Assembly (NCBI GenBank): GCA_028534125.1
Contig: CM052816.1
Location: 18,230,001 to 18,294,000, forward strand
From: Lama glama
Lineage: Eukaryota
DNA: 64,000 nucleotides
Direction of reading: 5' to 3'
The notes beneath the pieces were generated by a model. It saw only the letters and a program-made list of their open reading frames with translations. It did no database searches and was not told the origin of the DNA. Of the stretch, positions 12,286-24,065 are shown piece by piece; position 1 is the stretch's first letter; every line of letters begins with the position of its first letter. Both the position numbers and the translations under genes were made by a program.

Positions 12286-13136
12286 GGAAGATGCAAGAAG
12301 GCAGAGGAGGAGGGAGGGAGGGAAGAGGAGCGGAGCTCCGCCCGGAAGCTAGGTGAGTTTGGCATCTGAGCCGAGGGACGTGAGCCTGCGANNNNNNNNN
12401 NNNNNNNNNNNNNNNNNNNNNNNNNNNNNNNNNNNNNNNNNNNNNNNNNNNNNNNNNNNNNNNNNNNNNNNNNNNNNNNNNNNNNNNNNNNNNNNNNNNN
12501 NNNNNNNNNNNNNNNNNNNNNNNNNNNNNNNNNNNNNNNNNNNNNNNNNNNNNNNNNNNNNNNNNNNNNNNNNNNNNNNNNNNNNNNNNNNNNNNNNNNN
12601 NNNNNNNNNNNNNNNNNNNNNNNNNNNNNNNNNNNNNNNNNNNNNNNNNNNNNNNNNNNNNNNNNNNNNNNNNNNNNNNNNNNNNNNNNNNNNNNNNNNN
12701 NNNNNNNNNNNNNNNNNNNNNNNNNNNNNNNNNNNNNNNNNNNNNNNNNNNNNNNNNNNNNNNNNNNNNNNNNNNNNNNNNNNNNNNNNNNNNNNNNNNN
12801 NNNNNNNNNNNNNNNNNNNNNNNNNNNNNNNNNNNNNNNNNNNNNNNNNNNNNNNNNNNNNNNNNNNNNNNNNNNNNNNNNNNNNNNNNNNACACACACA
12901 CACACACATCCATCCACTACTCACCTACACACTACACAGACTGCTTTCTTATAGCTGGACTTTTATCTTAAAAAAGAAAAAGGAAAAAAAAACCTAAACA
13001 TTCACCTTGACCTTATTTATGACTTTATGTGCAAATGTTTTGACCATATTGATCATATATTTTGACAAAATATATTTATAACTACGTATTAAAAGAAAAA
13101 ATAAAATGAGTCATTATTTTAAAGGTTAAAAAAAAA
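12286..13136 (+). pseudogene. BMP4: Processed retrocopy of BMP4 mRNA (retrogene or pseudogene; CDS hidden in N gap)
   Basis: 12286-12391 (ggaagatgcaagaaggcagaggaggagggaggg..cccggaagctaggtgagt..ggcatctgagccgagggacgtgagcc) matches recalled mammalian BMP4 exon-1 5' UTR. 12892-13127 ((CA)n..cactacacagactgctt..cattcaccttgaccttatttatgac..gcaaatgttttgaccatattgatcatatattttgacaaaatatatttataactacgtattaaaagaaaaaataaaatgagtcattattttaaaggt) matches the BMP4 3' UTR. AATAAA at 13100-13105, A-tail from 13128, 15-bp TSD. Confidence 0.92.
12392..12891. other. Assembly gap of exactly 500 N
   Basis: Read directly. Confidence 1.
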
Positions 13137-13151
13137 AAAGAAATGTTTCCT
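13137..13151 (+). repeat. 3' target-site duplication of the BMP4 retrocopy
   Basis: aaagaaatgtttcct directly after the A-tail, identical to 12271-12285. Confidence 0.95.
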
Positions 13152-13849
13152 TGCTCACATTATAGGTGACTGCACTTAAGTGTTATTTCTCTAAGAGGAA
13201 ACAGATTGATTTTTCTGGTCTGCTCTTGCAGAAGTAATTGTGAGCTTTCTGAGTTACCCTTGACTCAAGGATGCTTCTGCAATAGGAATATGGTAACAGC
13301 AAGGTTTATTGTTTTCATTAACACCTGAATAAAGGACTATCAGAACTGGAAACATAGGCAACCATGATACTAGGAAAGACGTGTGCACAGAGCTGGGAAG
13401 GATATAAGATGAGAGGAGGCACTGGGTCTAGTCTCAACAGATGACCAGCTCAAGGACTTCAGGCCAGAGCATGCAATGTATTGGAGCTCAGCCTCTATGG
13501 GTTTCAAAGGTCTAAGTAGGCAACATATCAAGATATTCAGTGGACTGACCCTAAATCTAAATTCTAAAGGACATGGCTTTTAAGCTAGGAGAGTTCAGGA
13601 CAGGTTGAGGATTTTTTGAGTCCCAAGTGCAACAGAAAAAAGTAACTGGTATTAAGAAATTCTGTATCATGTTCTATGAAGTAGCTAGGTATTTTAACTA
13701 TGATTTGAACTCTTTTCCTCTGTTAGCAATCACCTGCACATTCAAGTGCCTAAATCAAACTAAACTTAAGTGTCATTGTTCACCCTGGTGAGGAACAGAA
13801 ATGAGTGAAACACTTGCAAAGCTATATGTGGCCCTATATATTGGTGGTG

Positions 13850-14020
13850 AACACTGACTGAATGCTTACCATCTTCCAGGCACTTGTTCTAAGCTACTTA
13901 GGTCTAGAATATCATTTAATCTTTACAATAGCTCTATGAAGTTGATTCTATTTTTATTATCTCCTTTTATCAAGGACAAAAGTAAGGAAGGCACAAAGAA
14001 GTTAAGTAGTTATAACCCAC
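13850..14020 (-). mobile_element. MIR SINE
   Basis: actgaatgcttaccatcttccaggcac..tcatttaatctttacaatagctctatga..gcacaaagaagttaagt. Confidence 0.75.
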
Positions 14021-16369
14021 ACTACAATCCTTTTGGAAAGAATGTAGTGTGAAGATTAAAATTTGTCTCTGAGTTTTTCTTTCTTCCCAGATCTTATCCA
14101 TTTTTCAAGACCCACCAAAAATTTACTTCCTTCATGAGGCATGCATTAATAGACCTATCCTTCTCGAAATTACACAGAATCTTCTCAAACTACACATCTG
14201 ACAGTATTTGTGATCCTGTCTATGCTTTATCTCCCAAAACAGCCTATAAGCTCATCACAGACAAGAACTGTGACACACGTCTGTACATCCCCTGCCCTCA
14301 CTTCCAAATGGTAATGCTTGTGGACACAAGGTGTGGAATTTAACTGTTAACTTGAATTGGGTCACATTATCAAAGTATATTTTTGCTATTTTCTTAAGTA
14401 CCAAGAGCAGAACTATAAATGTATATAAAAATTTCACATGTGAGGAATCCAAGAGAGAGGTTCATTTTTACTCCACATACCTTTGTAGGGTATTAGGTTT
14501 GACAGCAAAAGTTTTACTTAGAAAACTCAAAATTATTTTTAAAACTGAGTTTAACATTTTTGGCAGGAAGAGGAGCACAGTGAGTTGCAAGAGCATGAAC
14601 CAGAAGAAGAAATGTTGATTCCCAGCACTGGCTCTTTCTCGAACAAGGTTTAAAGCTTCCCTGAGCTAAAGAGAAGAGAGTAAGCAGAGAGACTATGAAG
14701 CCCTGTCCCTGCTCCTTGCTCCTTGACTTTAAGGCTAAGAACATATTTAGTTCCAAAAAGTTCATTGCTCAATCATATACATTTTAGGTGACATAATCTT
14801 CTAACTTAGTACATTTTAGACTTTTCATATTTGTTGTCAATGTTATTCACTGTGTACATGTGTATCTTTGTGTGTATGTGTGTGTGTATGTTTCCTTAGA
14901 TATTTTTAGAAGGAAATAAGATTTGTCAGGACTTCAGGGTAAATTTGTTACGGGAATTTAGCCACCAAAATTTTGCTCTGAGTTTTCTGACAGTCAAACC
15001 CAGAATGTAAATATCTTAACCTATAATTGTTTAGAATTGTTATTTCTACTCATAGGGTATTAACACTCAGCATTTGTTTCTTACAAAGGAACTAGTTTTG
15101 TAGAATGTATTATTCCAGTCTGCAATCTTTCCTGGCCAAATGTTTAAGCTTGTTTAAAATGGAAATCATCATCAATTACCTTCCAAGACAGGTCTGAGTT
15201 TATAACATGCAACAGTACCAGGGAAACCAGAGTCATCTTAGGGATTTTGATACTGTCGAAAACTGATGTCCACACAGCATTTCTGTTTGTACTTTATTCA
15301 TGGAGGGTCATCTAATATATGATAAAAAGTGAATGTGTGTGTCCACAATATAATTTTTTCAGAATCAATACGCTTTTTCTATTAGCTTTTAAAATCTGTT
15401 TGCATAAATGTTTCTTTTCCATCCCAGCCCTTCTGTGGGTTTTTGTGGGCAGAGTGACTGGGGACATGATCTTTGCAATATTTCATTTTGTTATCTCTTA
15501 TTATTACATGGTGGCCCAGAGTGTGACATGAATAAAGCTGTCTTGTCATCAAAAATGCATTCATTCACTTAACAAGTTCCTGAAAATAATGAAATGGTTG
15601 CTAAGCAATGGAGAAGTTTTACATTCCCAGGGAACTGTGCAGATTCTAAAAGCAAAAGTAGTTCTGAGAGTAGGTAACAGTGTCTCTGGAGCCCAGCTAA
15701 ACAACACAAAGAAAGTAACATGCTCTACCTAGCAGTAAAGAGGCAGCATCTTTTTGTTTTTCCTTTTTCCTGACCCAGGTTTCCAGAGGAAAAATATAGG
15801 CTGAAAATTTCCTATGAAACAGTGTTCTGTGTTCAGTTATGGATTACAGGTAGCTGGCAAGTTAACATCAATCTATTTTAAAAGAACTGTGCTATGAGAG
15901 AATGCATCCCTTTGATTAGAAGTAAATTTATCTTAGATATATTAATCTTTAATTGCAGAAATACATGCTTAAGGCATAAAATATAACACATAGGCATACA
16001 TTTAGAAAAACACAAAGTTAAAAAATAAAAAAATAAAAACAAATCATTCATAATCCAATTCTTCCCCAATAGCCAATGTTAATATCCAGGGATATGTTTA
16101 TCTGTCACTTTTATAGGCATATGTAAAATTATTATTATTTAACATACTGTACACACTACAGTCACACATATGCATTCATTCTAAATGATATGGATACATC
16201 ACTCTTTAAAACAATTTTTAAACATTTATGTTGTTCCTGGTTGGTCACTATTATAGATAACTCTTAATTATCCTGCACTGACATTTAAAAAAGTAAGTAC
16301 TTATTTCATTGCAAAAGTAATGCATGTAGAGAAGAACCTCTAGAATGGCAATAAACACCTTGGGGGGTG

Positions 16370-16705
16370 ATTAGCCATCTCTGAGTCAGGGCAAATGAAG
16401 ACACATGCTAGGATGGGGGATTTTCCAAGGAGTGGCCAGATAGGTCAATAGGGACAATCTCAGGAGATGGAGCTTTGTGGAGTGCTCCAAACCCATGTTA
16501 CCCCCTCCAGTGGCTGCTAAGCTGCTGGGTTTTCAACATCTGTGGTTGTGAGGCTTCTGTATCAAGGTTACTATAGATATCAGGAGATGGGGATGAGAAT
16601 AGTACAAAATAAACTCCACAAAGCTTGTTGTTCTTACTGAGATTCAGTCATCTTTCTCAAATAGACCTCAGCTGTATTATTCCAAGTCTTTGGTTAATTC
16701 CCAGA
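16370..16705 (-). mobile_element. Old L1M 5' UTR fragment
   Basis: ccacaaagcttgttgttcttactgagattcagtc..ctttggttaattcccagaattct resembles reverse L1M4-type 5' end. Confidence 0.6.
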
Positions 16706-17256
<551 letters not shown>

Positions 17257-19525
17257 GTTGGCTTAGCACCCAAAAACCATTTAATGTGATATACCACATT
17301 AACAAACAAAAGGACAAAAACCACATGGTCATATCACCAGAGGTAGAAAACACATGTGACAAAATGCAAACCCTTTTAAGATGAACATTCTCAAAAAAAA
17401 AAAAAAAAAAAAAAAACAAACCTAAGAATTTAAAGGAACTTCCTCAACCTGATAATGGACATCTACAAATAACCACAGCTAACATTTTAGTTAATGATGA
17501 AATATTTTTCCATTAAGATCAGAAACAAGCCAAGGATGTCTAAGTTTGCTCCCATCATTTCTATTCAACACTATTCTAGTAGTTCTCAGGGTAATGAGGC
17601 AAGAAAAAGAAACAAAATTCCCCCAGATTGGAAAGGAAGAAGTAAAATTCTATTTATGAAGACATAATCTTCTGGATAGAAAATCCTAAAAACTCTACAT
17701 TAAAAAACAAAAACAAAAACAAAAACAAAACTATTAGAGCTAACTAACAAGTTCAGCAAGGCTTCAGGATACAAGACCAACATACAAAAATCAATTGTCA
17801 TTCTCCACGCAAGCAATGAACAATGCAAAATAAAAGTATGAAAACAATTTCATTTATAATACCATCAAAAAGAATAAAATATTTAGGAATAAATTTAACA
17901 AAAGAAGTATAAATTGAAAACTATAAAACACTGGTAAAATAAAGAAGATCGAAATAAACGGAAAGACATTCTATGGCCATGGACTGGAAAACTTCATACT
18001 CTTAAGATGGTAAATACTCCCCAAATTGATTTTTAGATTTATTGTAATCCCTAACAAAATCTCAGCTGGCATTTTTGTCAAAATTGACAAGTTTACTCTA
18101 AAATTCACAGGGAAACGCAAGTTAACACCAAATAGCAAACAATTCTGAAAAAAATTAAGAGCTGGAGAACTCACACTTCCCTATTTTAAAACTAGCTTAC
18201 AATAATTAAGACAGTGTGGTACTAACCTAACGATATAGATATAGATATAAATGAAACAGAATTAAGAGTCCATAAATAAGCCTTCACGCTCATTATTAAT
18301 TGATTTGGACAAGGTTGCCAAAATAATTCACTGGGGGAAATCACAGTCTTTCAACAGCTGGTGCTGAAACAACTGGATATTGGACCACTTCCTTACACCA
18401 CATACAAAAATCAATTCAAAATAGGATGACAGACCTAAGAGCAAAACTAAAAATCCCTTAAGAAAACTTACCAGAAAATCTGTGTAACCTTGGGTTATGC
18501 AAATCCTTTTAGATATGACATCAAACACAACAAAAGAAAAAAAAAGATAAATTGGACTTCATCAAAATTTTTAAAATGTATTCTTCAAAGGATATCATCA
18601 TAAAATGAAAATGCAATCCAGAGAATGGTGAAAAATATTTTCAAATCATCTATCTGATAAGAGACTTGTATTCAGGATATATAAAGAAGTCAGACAGCTC
18701 AACAATAAAAAGACAAATAATCCAATTTTTAAAATGAGAAATTAATCTAAGACATTTTACCAAAGAAGATATACAAATGATCAACAAGTACATGAAAAGA
18801 CACTCAACATTATTAGTTATAACAGAAACACACATCTACACCCACTAGTAGAGCTACATCGAGGTCAGATAATAACAAACTTGTAGAAGAATCTGGAGAA
18901 ATTAGAATTCTCATACACTTCTAGTGGGAATGTAAAATGAAGTGCTATTTTGGAAAACAGCCTGGAAGCTCCTCAATGATTGAACATACAGTTAATGTAT
19001 TACCAAGAAATTTCATTCCTTAGTTACATACCCAGGATAAATGAAAACATTTTGCCATGTATATACTTGTACATAAATGTTCACAGCAGCCTTATTCATT
19101 ATAGCCGAAAAGTGGAAACAACTCAAATGTCCCTTGTCCCAATGAATAGATAAACGAAATGTGCTATATCCATACAATGGAACATTATGCAGGTGCAAAA
19201 AAGAGTGGAGTACTGCTACATGCTACACGTGAGTGAACTCCGAAAACATGCTAAATGAAAGAACCCAGACTACATTGTATGATTCCATTTAGATGAAATG
19301 TCCAAAACAGGTAAACCCATAGAAAGAGGAAATATAGTAGATGTTGCCAGGCACCAAGGGAAGGGGGAGATGGGTATAAGGTTTCTTTTGGGACTGATGA
19401 AAACATTCTAAAATTAGATAACTGTGATGGTTCCACAACTCTGAATATACTAAACCCACTGAATCATAGACTTTAAAAGAGTGAGTTTTATGTTATATGA
19501 GTTATAGTTCAATAAAACTGTTATA
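17257..19525 (+). mobile_element. Decayed L1 (L1MB/M4-type) ORF2 RT region through 3' UTR
   Basis: ORF2 hallmarks (ggaaaggaagaagtaaaa, caggatacaag..caacatacaaaaatcaattg, agacagtgtggtact), 3' UTR and aataaa near 19510; internal A-run and (CAAAAA)n. Confidence 0.9.
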
Positions 19526-19699
19526 AAGGAAAGCATGAACTTGACTTTAAAATCAGATTATATAAAAATATATACAATGAAAATTCCCTACATCACCACA
19601 AACTTGTATTGCCCCATCCCCTTTTCGAGGCATATTCACTACTTTTTTGTGGGTCATTCAATACATACTCTCCGCATTTCCAAGCACATATAATTGCAC

Positions 19700-20860
19700 A
19701 AATTTTGAATACATTTCTTGTTATTTTATAAATTTATAAAAGAAGAACTGTTGGATCAACACAGTTTTTAATTATCCACATAACTATTTATCATTAATAG
19801 ATAGCCAAACTACCTTGCAGAAATATTGTATCAACTCCCTTCAATTTTAGCCATGTTTAAGAGTTCATACTTCCTTATACCTTCTATAGTCCTGAATATC
19901 ATCATTCATTTAAATCTTTGGCAGTCTCATAAGTGAAGCACATATCTTTTAATTTCTATTTCTTTATGCAACATTAGAAATTCCACATTTATGTTCTTTT
20001 CCCATTTCCTTTGGGGTGATTGCTATCTTCCTATTGACTATTTCATTATGAAATTTTTAAATTACAGAATAATGCAAAGGATAATACAAATCTATGTACC
20101 TGCCACTCAGAAAAGCAAATGCTAAGTTTTTTTTAGATCATATTTGCTCCATATTTTTGAAAGAAAACTCTGAAAACAAAGCTGGTTCTCTACCATGTTA
20201 CATTCCCATTCTCCCTCCCTGGAGGCAGCACCTATCATAAATTTGACGTGTATCCAGGCCATTTTATACCTAACTATGTATTCATGCTTTAATTAACAAT
20301 AGTTCTATATAAAACATATTATACTGTACATAGCCTGGGGAAATCTGCTTTTAACCAAATACTGTCTTTGAGATCTGTATTGATCAAATAGATCTATTTC
20401 CTCTTTTTTACTGCATCATAGTATGTCATTTTATGAATATAGAGTTACTTTCTCCTTTCATCTACTGAAAGACATTTGAGTTGTTATTAGTTTTCGCAAA
20501 CAAGTAACTCTGGAACAAACAGATCTTTGTTTAGGTCTCCTGGTGTATGAACTTCCCTATGACACATTCTCAGGAATGGAGTAGCTAGCTCATAGGGTTT
20601 ACTTATCTGAAATTTTAGTAGCTATTACCAAATTGCTTGCACAAATTCGCACTCCCATTTGAACAAGCACGGCCCCTGACTTCATGGAACTTGCATTCTG
20701 GCATGTGTCTGGAGGAAGAAGAGAGATTGCTGAGCCCATCCTTTACCACACCTGGCACTGTTAGACTTTTAAAGTATTTCATTGTTTTAGTTTATTTTCT
20801 TTTGATTACCAGTAAGATTGAGGGTCTCAGCACATGTTTACTAGTGTATTTTATTGATTT
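19700..20860 (-). mobile_element. Fragmented old L1ME-type pieces
   Basis: Reverse L1 3' motifs such as aggaatggagtagctagctcataggg..taccaaattgc..cacacctggcactgttagacttttaaa. Confidence 0.55.
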
Positions 20861-22224
20861 TAAAACAGAATTCCCATTTTTAAAACATATGCCTGTATAA
20901 TTTCATACCATTCTAAACGAGCCAGATGCATGGATTCAACTATAGAAAAAAAATTTTTTGAAATAGGCATATGAAGTAGTCTGACTGTCATAAACCAGAG
21001 GGATTTTTATTTCAGACATCTGGCCTTTTGAAATAGTAATACCTGATAAAAATAAAGAACCAAAGTTTCTGATTAAGAGGATAGTTTAGGAAATTGATTT
21101 CTAAAGAGTGGCCTACATTTATTGTTCCTTTTTGATTGAGAGGATTTTTTAATCAAAAAAAATCAGTCTATTCAATTCTGAAAATGTCATTCGAAAGGAC
21201 CTTCTACCTTGAAAATGCTTGAATTATTTAGTTTGGTACCCGTTACCCGGCTATAGTCAGGAGTGGACACAGTCCAGAGGATGGGAGCATTATCAGGTGT
21301 GCCCAGGCTCGTCACCTCTCTGACAGAAGATGGAGAAGAGAATAGTTTTCCAATAAAATCTCTCAAACTAGATTCAGCCTGGAAGAAATTCCTCATTGAA
21401 CACTGGACAAAATTCTTCCCAAAGCCACTTAACTAGCATTCAGAAAGGATCTTTAATTTTAATCCATTTCAAATAAATGGGCTGATAAATTCTTGGGACT
21501 CGGTGCATAGCTTGAGATGCTATTCCTATCTTGTCAGTTGTGACTTAGTCATGATTTATTAGAACTTTTCATGACAATATTAAACTGAAGGATTATAGCA
21601 ATTATAAAGCAGTGATCACAAAACATAGCAGCGTGTTTTTAGATGTATACCTCAAGGATTCTTAAGTATGGTTTCATCCTGTCTGGCTGTTACATTCTGG
21701 TGGGTGATATGTACGCACCCTGCAGTTTTTAAGATTAGACCCATATCCGAGTTGTAATACAATTCCTAAGAGCATGTAGATATTCCTATTGGACTCCTAC
21801 ACACGGCTATTCCACTATGAAATAATAAATACTCTGAATTTTCTCAACCACCACTTCCACAACTTTGAGGGCATTACTTTCTGCTTCTTTCTGCTTATAT
21901 CACCTGAAGCTCTGCTTAATACTCTGCACCCTACACTGTTGAACGCCTTTTTGCAAATGCTAACCTCCAAGAGGACAGAACTCACTTCTGCTTTGTTCCC
22001 CTAAAGAAGCCCAGCCAGACAGCAGTTCATTCTGTCTCACAACAAAACCAAGCAGATACTCGTCAGTTTTTCCCTGCCCCTGGGAGTGATTAGAATGTAC
22101 CATTCGGTCTCCATGACTTGTTTAGGTGCTCTAACTATCCCACAGGCTGCTGCCAAGAGTCAGCGACATTCTTGCAGTGAAGGCAGCCAAACTCCCCTGC
22201 CAATGTGCCTCTAGGATCCCGTCT

Positions 22225-22550
22225 GTGGTAGTGGATGCTGCTGGAATCAGATCCCCTCACTAGTTTTGCGGACCCATTCCTCAGCTTTTCTACTGTTTGC
22301 TCCTAGTGCATCATATCTCCTAGAAATCTTCATCAGAGAACTACTTGGTAGTTACTGAAGCTGCTTCACCCAGATACTGAGAGCCTAAAATCCAGGGAGT
22401 TACCGTGTTCCTGGAGTTAACCATAGCCAATGACTCACTGCTGCAAGAGGACAAAAGCCCAGCTCCTTTGAGGGGAGAAAGACTCTCCTCCTGATTTGCT
22501 GGGGGATCAGGCAAGGCTTGAACTTAATCTGGAATTGCCCCTGTGCTTGG
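22225..22550 (+). mobile_element. ERVL LTR16-like fragment
   Basis: gtagtggatgctg..cagatcccctc start; catagccaatgactcactg..caaaagcccagctcc. Confidence 0.55.
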
Positions 22551-22881
22551 GGAGAGGGACAGGAAAAGAGGTCGGTGAATAAAGGAGGGCTGAGTCAGGT
22601 GAAGATTTGTAGACCATGTGCATAGCCCTTTAGATTATGTTCTAAATGTGATAGAAAGGGTTTTAAAGAGTGGAGTGGTGTGATTTAAGTTTTGGAACAT
22701 TCAGACAGCTGAATGGATAGTTTATAGACAGCAACTTGGAAGCATGGGACCCAGTAAGAGGTTCTATGTGGTGACCAAGCCAGCTGTCTTGAGCAGGGAC
22801 ACTTTTTAGTACATGAGAATAGCCACGAGAGAAGCTGTAACACAGGGAGTATTGCTGTGGAGGTGGGGGGCCAAGTAAGCT

Positions 22882-23217
22882 GGATTGCCAGATAAAAATA
22901 CAGTATGCCCAGTTCAATTTGAATTTCAGATCAAAAATAAATAGTTTTTTAGTATAAGTATGTCCCAAATATTTCATGGAAGGAAATTACATGGGACATT
23001 GTTTTTTAAAAATTTATTTTGCATTCTTTTTGGTGAGGGAGGTAATTACGTTTTTATTTATTAATTTTAATGGTGGCACTGGGGATTGAACCCAGGACCT
23101 TGTGCATGCTTAGCATGCATTCTACCCCTGAGCTATACCCTCCCCACCTACATGGGACATTCTTATATTAAAAAATTATTCATTGCTTATGTGAAGTTCA
23201 AATTCAACTGGGCATTT
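22882..23217. mobile_element. MER53-like palindromic MITE interrupted by a SINE
   Basis: Left arm ttgccagataaaaatacagtatgcccagttcaatttgaatttcaga..tagtataagtatgtcccaa; right arm catgggacattcttatattaaaa..gaagttcaaattcaactgggcat; arms are near reverse complements. Confidence 0.8.
23001..23148 (-). mobile_element. tRNA-derived SINE, camelid Vic-1 type
   Basis: Reverse reads ggggagggtatagctcaggggtagaatgcatgctaagcatgcacaaggtcctgggttcaatccccagt (A and B boxes) with AT-rich tail; 13-bp TSD tacatgggacatt at 22988-23000 and 23149-23161. Confidence 0.88.
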
Positions 23218-23784
23218 GGTGGTGGTGGTGTTTCTTATGTCAGGCACACTCCAAGTAAAGATTTCTAAATTAGGAGGCTGTGTTAGCTAAAAAGAAAATA
23301 GTTAGAATGGACAGAAATCTCTTAAATCTCAGTATTTTTTTTGACCCAAGCCTATAGGCTAAAGTCAAAATGAAAGCATTATGTCACTAAATAAGTTAAA
23401 ATTATTTACATGCTATGTTCATGTGCATATAAATAACTGTCATTTATAGTGCTTTATTAGAAGACTTAGGTGACTAGATGAAAAGAAAAAAAAATCCCTG
23501 ATGATCCAGGTTCTATACCATCCAAATAATGTCTCCATCCTAACTTTGTGCCAAAGAGAGTTTTGTCATATTCTCTTTCTCCTACAAAATTGTACTTAGC
23601 TAAAAACAAGGGTAACCTTTAAAGGCAACTTGTGCAGATGTGAAAATAAACCAGCAGAACACTGAGTCACACACTGCCCTGACTGGCTACTGTGTGTGCA
23701 CCTTAGAATTGTGCCCAAGAATGCCCAGGGGTCCTGAGAAGAACTTCTGACCCTGCCACAAAGCTCACCAAGCCTCTTACGAAG

Positions 23785-23920
23785 CAGAGCAGCATCATGG
23801 TTACAGAGCTTGGGCTCTGGAGTCTGCCAGACTCAAAATCCCATTTTGGCCACTGAGACTCTATGTAAACATAAGGGAACTAAGCTTAATTTTCTCATCT
23901 GGGGAAAGAAATAGACATAT
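23785..23920 (+). mobile_element. MIR SINE fragment
   Basis: gcagcatcatggttacagagcttgggctctggagtc..ttttctcatctg. Confidence 0.65.
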
Positions 23921-24065
23921 GCTATAATAGGTAGTGGTAGTATAGTTCTAGATTCATACTAAAATGTCAAAAACATTAATTACTGTAGCTATCATTAGCC
24001 ATTAGAGCTCACAATATGAAGGGACCTTCCCTGACGTAACACTTTAAGTTCTAAATATTGTTATA

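Noticed and set aside
12246..12997. Four ORFs of 191-223 aa, the longest in the track
   Set aside because: Artefacts of translating through 500 Ns; the flanks are UTR sequence.
12286..13136. Interpretation as the real BMP4 locus
   Set aside because: A-tail plus TSD, no CpG-island promoter upstream, and 5' and 3' UTRs separated only by a short gap indicate a retroposed copy.
23075..23148. tRNA gene
   Set aside because: The tRNA-like head has an AT-rich tail and TSD, so it is a SINE.
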